Source of the DNA: Chthonomonadales bacterium
GTDB taxonomy: Bacteria; Armatimonadota; Chthonomonadetes; Chthonomonadales; CAJBBX01
Assembly: GCA_020849275.1 (NCBI GenBank)
Contig: JADLGO010000059.1
Span: 29,377 to 93,376 of the forward strand
Length of the DNA: 64,000 bases
Direction: 5' to 3'
Part shown: one piece after another, positions 26,541 to 35,046 of the stretch
Layout: every line of letters begins with the position of its first letter
Numbering within the stretch: the first letter of the stretch is position 1
Translations under genes and position numbers: made by a program
Notes under the pieces: model-generated
Told to the model about the DNA's origin: nothing
Database searches by the model: none
Seen by the model: the letters and a program-made list of their open reading frames with translations, nothing else

Positions 26541-27506
26541 CTACGGGCGCTCCGGCCGGCCGTTGCGCGCCGAGCGGTTCGCGGCCAGCGTGACCGCCAG
26601 CGTGCGCAGCGCGTCCTCGTAGGGAGAGAGGATGCCCGCGCGGTCCCCGGTGGCCACCGCGCGCACGAAGGCGCGATCCTCCTCGACGGTGGGATTGCCG
26701 TCAGGCGGCGCCACCTCCTCGCCCGCCGCCGTGAGCGCGCGGCACCGGGAGCTCTCCACCTCCACCACGATGTCCGGCGTGACGACGTGCAGGCCCACGG
26801 TGTAGCCGAATCCCTTGAGCAGGCAGGTGTTGGAGAACGAGCCGAGGGCTCCGCTGGCGAACTTCGCGGTCATCGTGCCGACGTCGGTCACCGTGAAGTC
26901 CTCCACGTCCGCCAATGCACGCGTCGTCATCGCCGCGTAGACCTCCACGATCTCGCCGCAGAGGTAGCGGGCAAGGTCAACGATGTGTGTGGTCTGCTCG
27001 ACCATCTGTCCGGCGGACATGTCCATCCGGCGCCACCAGTGCACGCCCGGCATGCCGCCCAACCAGTAGCCGAGGGCCATGCCGATGGTCTTGCCCTCCA
27101 GGCGCTCGCGCGCCATGCGTGTGCAGGCCATGTAGCGCCAGTGGTAGCCGACCGACGTGACGAGGTCGGCCATGCGCACGGCCTCCAGGATCGTCGTGGC
27201 GCGCTCGAGCGTGTTGGCGATGGGCTTCTCGACGAAGAAGGGGATGCCTCGGCGGGCAAGCTCCTCCTCCTGCCCGACGTGCGCGTGCGGCGGCAGGCAG
27301 ACGTAGGCGGCGTCCGGCCGCTCGGCGTCCAGCATCGCGCCGAGCTCGGCGTAGGGCTTGCCGCCGTAGGTCCCGGCGGCGGCGCTGGCGCGAGCCTGGT
27401 CGATGTCGCAGAAGGCGACCATCCTGGCGTCCTCGATCTGGCTGAGCGCGCGCATGTGGGCGTTGGCGATGCCACCCGCCCCGACGAAGGCGACACGGAC
27501 CGGCAT
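26541..27506 (-). CDS. Gfo/Idh/MocA family NAD(P)-dependent oxidoreductase
   Basis: 321 aa. N-terminal Rossmann motif VRVAFVGAGGIANAHMRAL and an EKP motif (FFVEKPIA). Confidence 0.85.
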   Translation of the reverse strand: MPVRVAFVGAGGIANAHMRALSQIEDARMVAFCDIDQARASAAAGTYGGKPYAELGAMLDAERPDAAYVCLPPHAHVGQEEELARRGIPFFVEKPIANTLERATTILEAVRMADLVTSVGYHWRYMACTRMARERLEGKTIGMALGYWLGGMPGVHWWRRMDMSAGQMVEQTTHIVDLARYLCGEIVEVYAAMTTRALADVEDFTVTDVGTMTAKFASGALGSFSNTCLLKGFGYTVGLHVVTPDIVVEVESSRCRALTAAGEEVAPPDGNPTVEEDRAFVRAVATGDRAGILSPYEDALRTLAVTLAANRSARNGRPERP

Positions 27507-27617
27507 GTGGGGAGCCTCCTTCCGAACAGCAGAGTAGCGTTCCCCGTCTTCTTCACCGGCGCGCCCCGGTCTCCTGCCGTCGCGGCGCCAACCAGCGCGG
27601 CGGCGGCGGCCTCGCGG

Positions 27618-29408
27618 CTATCGGTCTGGTGGCGCCGCGGCGAGGCGGACGCGGTCTCGTCCCGGTCCCCCGTCGGAGGGGTTGCTCAGGCCAAGCACGG
27701 CGTCTCGGGGGGCCAGGCCGGCCAGTCCCGGCGCCAGCGACACAGCCAGCTCGTACTGCGGGGCGGACAGCGCCACGGCCGGGAGCCGGCCCTCGATCAG
27801 CGCGGCGCGCTGGCCGGCGTTTAGGGATCCGTACAGGCGGACCGTCCAGTACTCCTGCTGGATCCGCTCCGCGTCGTCCCGGAATGGGAGCACGGAGCGC
27901 ATCATCACCGCCGTCGGCTCGGGCAGCGACTCCTCGCTCGGTTCGGCGGGCGGCGCGGCGATCCACTGGAGGCCGCTCGAAATCTGGTACCTGGACAGCG
28001 CGGCGACGACCTCGGCCTCCCAGTCGAGCCGCTCGCGCAGTGCCTCCAGGGGCGCCAGCGGCCTCACACGCTTCGCGATCGCTGCCTTTCTGGCGCTCCA
28101 CCGCTTGATGAGTTCGGCCGGCACCTCGAGCGCGTCGTCCCTGTACCAGCGGTTGTCCCGCATCAGGTAGATGCCGTCCGGCCTCCGCTTCCAGCTACTG
28201 TCCTGGACGTAGGCCCACGTGTCGAGGTTGGCGCCGGGCTCGCCAAGGAGGCGCGCCTTCCGCTCGGAGGGCTGCATGGGCGTACCGGGCGTGCTGTAGT
28301 AGTCCGCGATGAAATCGATGCCGGAGCTATTGGCGATGTGGGCGAGGGTCTCGGCCCGGCGCCGCGGCGGGTGCACCCTCCGGACGGGCCCGGTGGGGTC
28401 CTCGCACGGCCAGACGCGGGAGCGCTGGAACTCGAGGAACGGCTCCCAGACCGCGGGCGTGGCCTTGCCGAGACGCTCCGCGATCTCCGGCAGGTGACGA
28501 TGGTCGAGAGACAGCGCCATGCCCTCGGTCGGCCATGGGCAGTTCATCATGAACGCGTGGTTGGTCCCACGCCCGGGCACCACGACGGCCGCGTTGACCA
28601 CGAACCCACCGTTCGTGATCACCACGACGGCAGCGTCCAGTGCCGCGGCGTCCGGGGGCGGATGCAACGTCGCCCTGAGCCGGCTGGCCAGGATGCCTTG
28701 CCCTTCGGCGTCCAGGTCGCGGAGCGGCACGGCGGTGCGGATCTCGTTGTCGGCGCCGGAGAAGCCGATGAACGACCGGTAGAAGGGCGCGTCGTTGAGC
28801 CGGTCCAGGATCCGCTCCCGGAGCGCGTCGGGAAGGCCGCGGAAGAACTCGTGTGTCTGGCGCAGGTCGGCACGTGCCTCCGGATTGCTGGTCTCGGTGC
28901 GCTCGTCGAAGGGCCTTCCGATCTCCTCCGCCATCGCTCGGCGCAGCGCGTTCAGGCCGTACTGACGAGCCGTCTCGTAGAGGTTCCACCACCTGGCGCG
29001 CCGGGCGATCCACTTCGGGTCCATGACCAGCGACCAGCTTCTCGGGCCCCCCTCCTGCTTCCATGCCCCCGGAACGAGCTCCGCCAGGGCCTTCATCACG
29101 TCGGCCAGCGGCCGGTTGGCGATCCGCGCGTGAATCTTCAGATCCCGGCAGCTTCTGGAGGCCGTCAGGCGGACGTTGTCACCGCTCAGGGTGTCGAGGA
29201 GGTCACCGAGAGGCGTGCCGACAACATCCTGCGATATCGTCCGCTTGAAGGCGGCGCTCTCGTACGCGGGCGCATCGGCCCGGTCATGCGTGGGCCGCGC
29301 CGCCGTGCCGGCGGCGGTTCGCGCCGACAGGCAAACGGCACATCCTATCAGAAGTGCGACCGGTGCGGGTCGATCCGCACCGAGACCCCATCGCCAACGA
29401 TGCTCCAT
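27618..29408 (-). CDS. secreted/anchored hypothetical protein
   Basis: 596 aa from ATG 29408 (MEHRW), with GAGG 7 nt upstream. Hydrophobic N-terminus PAPVALLIGCAVCLSA. The N-terminal ~70 aa of the mature part (ISQDVVGTPLGDLLDTLSG...RPLADVMKALAEL) loosely resemble an STN-type domain. I recognise no other family. Confidence 0.55.
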   Translation of the reverse strand: MEHRWRWGLGADRPAPVALLIGCAVCLSARTAAGTAARPTHDRADAPAYESAAFKRTISQDVVGTPLGDLLDTLSGDNVRLTASRSCRDLKIHARIANRPLADVMKALAELVPGAWKQEGGPRSWSLVMDPKWIARRARWWNLYETARQYGLNALRRAMAEEIGRPFDERTETSNPEARADLRQTHEFFRGLPDALRERILDRLNDAPFYRSFIGFSGADNEIRTAVPLRDLDAEGQGILASRLRATLHPPPDAAALDAAVVVITNGGFVVNAAVVVPGRGTNHAFMMNCPWPTEGMALSLDHRHLPEIAERLGKATPAVWEPFLEFQRSRVWPCEDPTGPVRRVHPPRRRAETLAHIANSSGIDFIADYYSTPGTPMQPSERKARLLGEPGANLDTWAYVQDSSWKRRPDGIYLMRDNRWYRDDALEVPAELIKRWSARKAAIAKRVRPLAPLEALRERLDWEAEVVAALSRYQISSGLQWIAAPPAEPSEESLPEPTAVMMRSVLPFRDDAERIQQEYWTVRLYGSLNAGQRAALIEGRLPAVALSAPQYELAVSLAPGLAGLAPRDAVLGLSNPSDGGPGRDRVRLAAAPPDR

Positions 29409-29505
29409 TCCCGTAGCCTCGTTCCCTTCCGCCGGCGCGCTCTCTCTTGCGGTAGGTGTGCCGGCTGATGATGAGCGCCCGGCAACATGCCCGCGCCGTT
29501 GACCG

Positions 29506-29900
29506 TTACGGGACGGTGGCCTCGTGGTGGTTGCTGGCCGCGTTCCACGGGAGGTACCCGGTGTAGCCGAACGCGTTCCCCCAGCAATCGTAACGGCCCG
29601 ACGCCAGGAGACCGGCCTCGCCGTGCGCGGTGTCGGTGCCCGGCCCAACGAAGTAGAGAGGCACGTTGTAGGGCTCTGGACCGCCGCCCCCAAGCCGGGT
29701 GAAGTGGAACGTGACGAAGTAGCAGTTGGACGAGCCCGACGTCAGGGTAACCTCGACGTCGTACTCCATGGAGTCGTTCACCTGGACGAAGCTTGTCCGG
29801 GTGGCCGTGGCGCCGCTCGCGGGGCCTGCCGCACCCGCGACGAGCAACGCGCTAGCGGCAGCGAACAGAGAGAGAGAGAGGCGATGACTCGCTGTAACAT
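29506..29900 (-). CDS. small secreted protein, reading frame interrupted at a (CT)7 tract just after the SD-linked ATG
   Basis: AGGAAGGAG lies 7 nt before ATG 29900-29898. That ATG is +1 relative to the 29506-30009 ORF, which encodes a good signal peptide (LSLSLFAAASALLVAGAAGPASGATA) and ~110 mature residues. The two frames meet at the (CT)7 run. The alternative in-frame ATG at 30009 would put ~45 non-hydrophobic residues ahead of the signal peptide. Confidence 0.5.
29867..29880. repeat. dinucleotide microsatellite (AG)7 on + strand, (CT)7 on the coding strand
   Basis: Read directly: c-agagagagagagag-g at 29866-29881. Confidence 0.95.
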
Positions 29901-30560
29901 GCTGGCGCTCCTTCCTCTTGCACCGGTGGGTGGAACCTCTCGGGTTCCCCGCTGTTGCACGAGCGCTCTCGTGCAGTGTAACGCGCGCTTCGGAGGCTGT
30001 CAAGGCCATCGCAGGAGGGCCTGGAGGAGGGCCATCGGAGGAGGGGGAGTGGGGTGTCGCGCAGGGGCCAGACCCTCTTCCAGGGCGGTCAGGCCGAATG
30101 ATGGTAGCATCCGCGTCTGCAGTCCTGCGCGCACGCCGTTGGCAGGCGGCCTGTTCGCGGGAGCGCCGCGCCCGAGGCGCTCTCGGTCATGGAGCACTTC
30201 CGCGTGATGCCCGACCCGCGTCCGGAGCGCGCACACATCACGGTGGAGGCGGACGGCGACCACATGCCTGCCGTCAAGGGCAACTCGGCGGGTCGTGAGC
30301 AGGCCGTGCGACAGGTCCTCGGCGGCCCTTCGCGGCGAGCCCGCCGGAGTCAGCCTGCCGTCGGCATCGCACCTCACCAGGGCGCATCGTCGCGGCGAGA
30401 CCCGACCGCGCGCGCCGGTGAACCCGCGACCCCATGACGCGCGCCGGCTGGATCCGACGCGCAATCCGCCCCTCCTCAGTGGCAGCGGTACGCTCGACAG
30501 GTGCCGGCGGATCGGCGCAGGGACCTGGGAGCGCCGCTACCCGATGGAGGCGTGCTCGCA

Positions 30561-30589
30561 TTGACAAAGCCGGGCGCCCGGCGCATAAT
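30561..30589 (+). promoter_or_regulatory. sigma-70-like promoter TTGACA-17-CATAAT with a 14-bp perfect palindrome GCCGGGCGCCCGGC in the spacer, upstream of nadK
   Basis: TTGACA at 30561-30566, CATAAT at 30584-30589, palindrome at 30569-30582. Lies 79 nt upstream of the proposed nadK start. Confidence 0.5.
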
Positions 30590-30667
30590 ACCGCCGGCGC
30601 CGGCCGCCGCCCAGGCGCGGCGACGCCGCCCGCCTGCCCGTTCGGCCGGGGGAAAGGTAGACGCGCC

Positions 30668-31537
30668 TTGGGAATCCGCGAGGTGGGGCTGATCGTTAAC
30701 CCGTCGAAGTGGCAGGCGCTCAGCTTCGCCCACGAGGTGGTGGCCTGGCTCGCTGCGCGCGACATCACGGTACGTGTGGAGGCCGAGGCCGCCGCCCGCA
30801 TGGAGCGCCCGGACCTGGCCACCGGTGACGGCGGCCTCCTCGGAGTGGACCTGATCATCACTCTCGGCGGCGACGGCACCATCCTGGCGGCGAGCCAGGT
30901 CGCCGCGCCGCACGGGATCCCCGTCCTCGGGGTCCACATGGGGCAGTTCGGCTTCATCGCCGAGACGCATCCCGACGACCTCTTCGCCGACATGGAGAAG
31001 GTGCTTGCCGGCCAGGCGAAGGTTGAGGAGCGGATGATGGTGCGCGGGGACGTCGTGCGCGCCGGGAGCATCCTGCACACTGCCTACGGCCTGAACGACA
31101 TCGTGCTCAACAAGGGCGCGCGAACGCGCATGCTCCAGCTCGAAACCTCGTTTGGCGGCGACTTCGTGGTGAGCTACCTGGCGGACGGCGTCGTGGTGGC
31201 AACGCCCACCGGCTCCACGGCCTACGCGCTCTCGGCTGGAGGCCCGCTCGTGGAGCCTACCGTGCAGGCATTGATGGTGACGCCGATCTGCCCGCACTCG
31301 CTTGCCGCCCGGCCCCTCGTGGTGCCCGCTTCGGAGGTCATTACGCTCAGCGTGGAGGCCAACGGCGGCGAGGTGCTCCTCTCGGCCGACAGCGGCCAGG
31401 TGTTCACCCTGGCCGCCGGCGACCGTGTGGAGGCGCGCCGCGCCGAGTTCTCGGCGCGCATCGTTGCCATCCGCCACGCCAGCTTCTACCACAAGGTGCG
31501 CAAGCGCCTGCTCTGGGGTGAGCGGTTGAACGCATGA
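30668..31537 (+). CDS. nadK: NAD kinase
   Basis: 289 aa from in-frame TTG 30668 (GTG 30683 is an alternative). ITLGGDGTILAA motif, NDIVL, and ADGVVVATPTGSTAYALSAGGP. Confidence 0.88.
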   Translation: MGIREVGLIVNPSKWQALSFAHEVVAWLAARDITVRVEAEAAARMERPDLATGDGGLLGVDLIITLGGDGTILAASQVAAPHGIPVLGVHMGQFGFIAETHPDDLFADMEKVLAGQAKVEERMMVRGDVVRAGSILHTAYGLNDIVLNKGARTRMLQLETSFGGDFVVSYLADGVVVATPTGSTAYALSAGGPLVEPTVQALMVTPICPHSLAARPLVVPASEVITLSVEANGGEVLLSADSGQVFTLAAGDRVEARRAEFSARIVAIRHASFYHKVRKRLLWGERLNA

Positions 31538-31620
31538 GGCCGGCGCCGCTTGGGGACGCGGAAAAGGGGCGGGGTCCCGCGATGCGGGACCCCGCCGGTG
31601 TGTGTGGGGCTCGGCCCGGC

Positions 31621-33204
31621 CTACTTGCTCTCGATGAGCAGTCGGCCGGTACGGCGATCGAAGTGGATGCTCACGCCGAGGGCGTCGCGGATGAACGTCA
31701 GCGGGACGATCGTCCGGCCGCTTTCGATGAATGGGGCGTGCTCCATGGTGAGCGCGTGGTTGTTCACCTGGGCCCGGTCGCTGCCGATGCGGAGCTCGAT
31801 GTCGCGCGTGGCGTTGACCGCCTTCACGGTCTGTGCATCTCCGCCGAACCAGTAGAGCCGACCGCCCGTGTGCTCGAAGATCTGGCGGAACGGGGCGAGC
31901 TTGACGCCGGCCTGGATGCGCGGCTGCACATCGAACGCGAGCACGACGCCGTTGAAGGCGATGTCGAACGCGCCGGAGCGCGGGACGACCAGCGAGGCGC
32001 CGGCCTTGATCCGCCTGTCGGCGGGCAGATTGTTGAGCCGAGCGATGTCCGCCGGGCGGGCGCCGGTGGCTCGGCTGATGCTGAGCAGCGTCTCGCCCGG
32101 CTGCACGGTCACGGTGCTGCTGGCGCCGCGGCCCGGCGCCACGACAGCGTAGAGCGCCTCGCTGTCGGTGAGGCCTGGCTGCGTGCCGCGCGGTTGGGTG
32201 GCGCTGGCGATGCGCATCGGGGGCTGCACGACGGCACCACCCATCAGGCGGGGCAGGCGAGCACCCATGGTCGGTCCGGCGTCGCCGACGACGGCGCGCG
32301 GACCGGCCGGGGCGGTTCGCGCCGCGTAGCCGACCGAACTGGGCTCGGCCGTCACGGTGCGGCCGCGAACAGGTCGGGCCGAGGCTGCGGACGCCTTGCG
32401 GGCATTCGTACCGATCGCTCCGTCGACGGGCGCCGCGCCCGTGCGCGCTGGCTCGGGCTTCAGCACGACCGGCTTGGAGGGGTCGCCGCCGGCACGCAGG
32501 TCCGGGACGACGTCCTGCTTGCGCGTCTGTCCGCCGGAGTTGTTGACGTTGACGTGGACCGGGCGGGCCTTGAAGGGCGAGCCCGCGTCGGCGGCCTGAG
32601 TCCACGCCTCGATCTGGTGCCAGCCGTTCGTTACGTGCGTGGTGTCCCACACGTACTCGTACGGCGGGTAGTTGCGCAGGACCTTCAGCTCGCGGTCGAC
32701 GAAGAAGGTGACGTACGGCTTCTGTCGCTGCAGATTCGGCGTCAGGTCAACGCGAATGGGGACGGTGCCGCTGACCTCGATGCCGTTTCGTGGGTAGGCG
32801 ATGCGCACGGGCGCCGAGAGGTCGACCCCGGGAATGCGCACGCGGGTGGAGGTGGTGACCGACCTGCCGTCGGGGCCCACGGCCTTCACGAGAAGGTCGT
32901 GGCTGCCTTCGCTGAGCAGTACGGTGTCGAGGGAGAAGGTGATGATGCCCCTCGACTGAGCCGTGCCGAGCTGGCGTTTGGCGACGAGCGCGTTGTCGAG
33001 ATAGAGCTCGACGGCCTCGACGTGTCCTCCCCGGAAGCTGACGTCGAGCGAGAGGCGGTCGGCGATCGTGTCCGGATCGGGCGTGATCACCGAGAGCTGC
33101 AGCCCGCTCGACGACCGCGCCGGAGCGGCAAGCGCGCCAGGAGCGCTGCTCACCATCGCGCATACGGCTCCGCTCAGCGCGAGAGCGCAAGCCAACCTCT
33201 TCAT
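31621..33204 (-). CDS. secreted multidomain protein: Ig-like repeats, LysM domain, C-terminal copper-amine-oxidase-N-like (stalk) domain
   Basis: 527 aa from ATG 33204 (MKRLACALALSGAVCA...). Two Ig-like modules (VELYLDNALVAK..., VTFFVDRELKVL...YEYVWDT). LysM-like VTVQPGETLLSISRATGARPADIARLNNL. C-terminal ...APFIESGRTIVPLTFIRDALGVSI, typical of the Cu_amine_oxidN1 fold. Confidence 0.65.
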   Translation of the reverse strand: MKRLACALALSGAVCAMVSSAPGALAAPARSSSGLQLSVITPDPDTIADRLSLDVSFRGGHVEAVELYLDNALVAKRQLGTAQSRGIITFSLDTVLLSEGSHDLLVKAVGPDGRSVTTSTRVRIPGVDLSAPVRIAYPRNGIEVSGTVPIRVDLTPNLQRQKPYVTFFVDRELKVLRNYPPYEYVWDTTHVTNGWHQIEAWTQAADAGSPFKARPVHVNVNNSGGQTRKQDVVPDLRAGGDPSKPVVLKPEPARTGAAPVDGAIGTNARKASAASARPVRGRTVTAEPSSVGYAARTAPAGPRAVVGDAGPTMGARLPRLMGGAVVQPPMRIASATQPRGTQPGLTDSEALYAVVAPGRGASSTVTVQPGETLLSISRATGARPADIARLNNLPADRRIKAGASLVVPRSGAFDIAFNGVVLAFDVQPRIQAGVKLAPFRQIFEHTGGRLYWFGGDAQTVKAVNATRDIELRIGSDRAQVNNHALTMEHAPFIESGRTIVPLTFIRDALGVSIHFDRRTGRLLIESK

Positions 33205-33282
33205 CAAATAGCGCCTCCCATCGACCGCGATCTTTGGGGAGTCACGGTCGGCTGTGGTCTGGGGCCCATGACGGAGCACTCG

Positions 33283-33311
33283 ACTTTAGCACATCCGGTT
33301 GGGTCTGTCAA
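33283..33311 (-). promoter_or_regulatory. candidate sigma-70-like promoter TTGACA-17-TAAAGT for the LysM-domain gene
   Basis: On the minus strand, TTGACA is at 33311-33306 and TAAAGT at 33288-33283, with a 17-nt spacer. Lies ~80 nt upstream of ATG 33204. Confidence 0.45.
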
Positions 33312-33651
33312 CCGGTTTCGCCCGCTTCTTGCTTCCGGCCGGCCCCGGCGTCTGGTGGTGGTCGATCCCGGCCACTACCCGAGCGGTGCGTGCCAGCATC
33401 CCGGCGGAGGCGAGGGAGCGGGCGTTCGCTCCGGGCCAGGCGGCCGGTCTCGCGCCGGGCGCGCGCTCCCGGTGACGGGCGCTAACGGTACCCGTAGGCG
33501 GACATCCGGCGGAGGCAGGTGCGCGCATGGGCGTCGGGAGCGGCGCAGCCGTCCCTCCGACCGGCAGGTCCGGCATCGGCGCGTGCTGGCGGCTGCCCGG
33601 CCGAGCCGGATGGGGGTTCGTCTGGCACGGGGGACGTGACTTGAGGCGGAT

Positions 33652-33683
33652 GGTCCCGGGGGGGTGCGCGCCCCTCCGGGACC
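33652..33683 (-). terminator. GC-rich hairpin (13-bp stem, 6-nt loop) just downstream of the stop of the 33690-34718 gene
   Basis: GGTCCCGGGGGGG-tgcgcg-CCCCTCCGGGACC, with one non-Watson-Crick position. No U-tract. Confidence 0.5.
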
Positions 33684-33689
33684 GCTGGC

Positions 33690-34718
33690 CTATCGCCGGG
33701 CGACGGAGCGCTCCTTAGGAGCGAACTCCGCGAGGCGATCCGGCTCGAACACGTAGCGCCACCAGTTCAGCAGCCGGCCGTCGGCGCCCTGGCCGGTCAC
33801 GCGGGGCAGGTGGCTCAGCCACCAGCGTATGTAGTTGCCGTGGTAGTCCGGCCCGCCCCAACTCTCGCAGCTGACGGGCTTGCCGGTCCCGGTGAGCTGC
33901 GGGTAGCTGAGCCAGTCGTCGGCGCCGCTGTAGACCACCCGCGGGCTCGAGTAGTCGAAGTCGCGCTCGGCGTTCGGCGGACGGTCGCAGGTGCCGACGG
34001 CCGCTACGCCGTGCGACTGGAAGTAGCTTGCCGCAAAGCGGGCCCAGTTCGTGCGCACGTCGTCCGGGCGCCAGCCGCCATAGACGGCGCTCATGGCGCG
34101 CTCCACGCGGTGGCCAAGAACGTGCAGCATCTCAGCGACGCCGCGCTCGTAGCTGAACGACATCACCGGCACGTCGCGCCGGTCTCCCGCGGTCGGTCCC
34201 TCCGCTGCCCTTGAGCAGAAGGCGCCCGGCGTCCGCGCGCCCGGCGCGCGGGTGCTTGGCCCTGTGAACACCCACACCTCGTCGATGTCGCCGCGCTCCA
34301 GGCGCGAGAGGACCCAGGGGCTGTTGGCGAGCTGCTCGGGCTCCAGGGCGGGCTCAGTGACGCCAAGGGAGCCCGCGCGCACGGCCTGGGCGTAGTCCGC
34401 CGAGGTCACGGTGCGGCCTGCCGTGCCACCCTGCGGCGGCACGTCGCGCCACTGCACCACCCTGTAGCGGATGAAGCCGCCGCTCGCCTGGGCCACGCCC
34501 TCGGCGAAGGACGAGGCCAGGGACAGGGGCGAGCTCCAGCCCATGGTCTCGTGAAGACGTCGCCCATCCGGCATGACGGGGTTGAGGCAAGCCGCCAGGA
34601 CCCGCACCGTGATGGGACGCTCGCGCCGTCTCAGGGGCTGCTGCCCATACCCCGCGGCGTTCGCGGCGGGCGCCATCGCCAACGCGCCCGCGCACGCGAA
34701 GAGGACTCTGCTGGTCAT
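33690..34718 (-). CDS. secreted hypothetical protein
   Basis: 342 aa from ATG 34718. Signal peptide MTSRVLFACAGALAMAPAANA. Trp/Tyr-rich C-terminal half (WGGPDYHGNYIRWWLSHLP, NWWRYVFEP) and an HVLGHRVE motif. No family recognised. Confidence 0.6.
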   Translation of the reverse strand: MTSRVLFACAGALAMAPAANAAGYGQQPLRRRERPITVRVLAACLNPVMPDGRRLHETMGWSSPLSLASSFAEGVAQASGGFIRYRVVQWRDVPPQGGTAGRTVTSADYAQAVRAGSLGVTEPALEPEQLANSPWVLSRLERGDIDEVWVFTGPSTRAPGARTPGAFCSRAAEGPTAGDRRDVPVMSFSYERGVAEMLHVLGHRVERAMSAVYGGWRPDDVRTNWARFAASYFQSHGVAAVGTCDRPPNAERDFDYSSPRVVYSGADDWLSYPQLTGTGKPVSCESWGGPDYHGNYIRWWLSHLPRVTGQGADGRLLNWWRYVFEPDRLAEFAPKERSVARR

Positions 34719-35046
34719 TCTGGTCTCCAGAACCGGTGACCGACCGAGTAGATCGCCGGGAGCCGACCGGCGGCCGATTGCGATCCATGAGGGATAGAGC
34801 TGCCGGCAACACACGTACGGCCAGCGATGCTTACGCCAGTTGCCGTGCCGGGCAACGACCCGGTGGTCCGCCCCGCCCGATATACGCGGGGCTCGTAGAA
34901 GATAGATAGGCTCGCGCGCGCCATTGTTCCCGCCGGCGAGGGCTCGCGCGAGGCCGCGGCCTGGAGCGCGCCGGAGTTGGCGACCTCGGGCAGTGTACCA
35001 GAGGGCCGGAGTCACTGCGGCGTGGGCGCGTGCCGAGGACGGGCGA

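Noticed and set aside
30189-30437. 82-codon + strand ORF (MEHFRVMPDPRPERAHITVEADGDH...) with GC-rich third positions
   Set aside because: It has no SD and no recognisable family, and the opposite strand shows a similar GC3 bias. I kept it only as a remark within the gap finding.
30476-32650. 724-aa minus-strand ORF
   Set aside because: It is antisense to nadK and out of frame with the LysM-domain gene. It shows the same shadow-ORF composition.
33312-33650. A ~340-bp unexplained GC-rich intergenic stretch considered as an ncRNA (it contains CAGGTCCGG, reminiscent of SRP RNA)
   Set aside because: It lacks the conserved SRP domain IV sequence (GGAAGGAAGCAGCC-like). I can identify no RNase P or 6S hallmarks by eye. 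This would need cmscan, so I am not reporting it as a feature.
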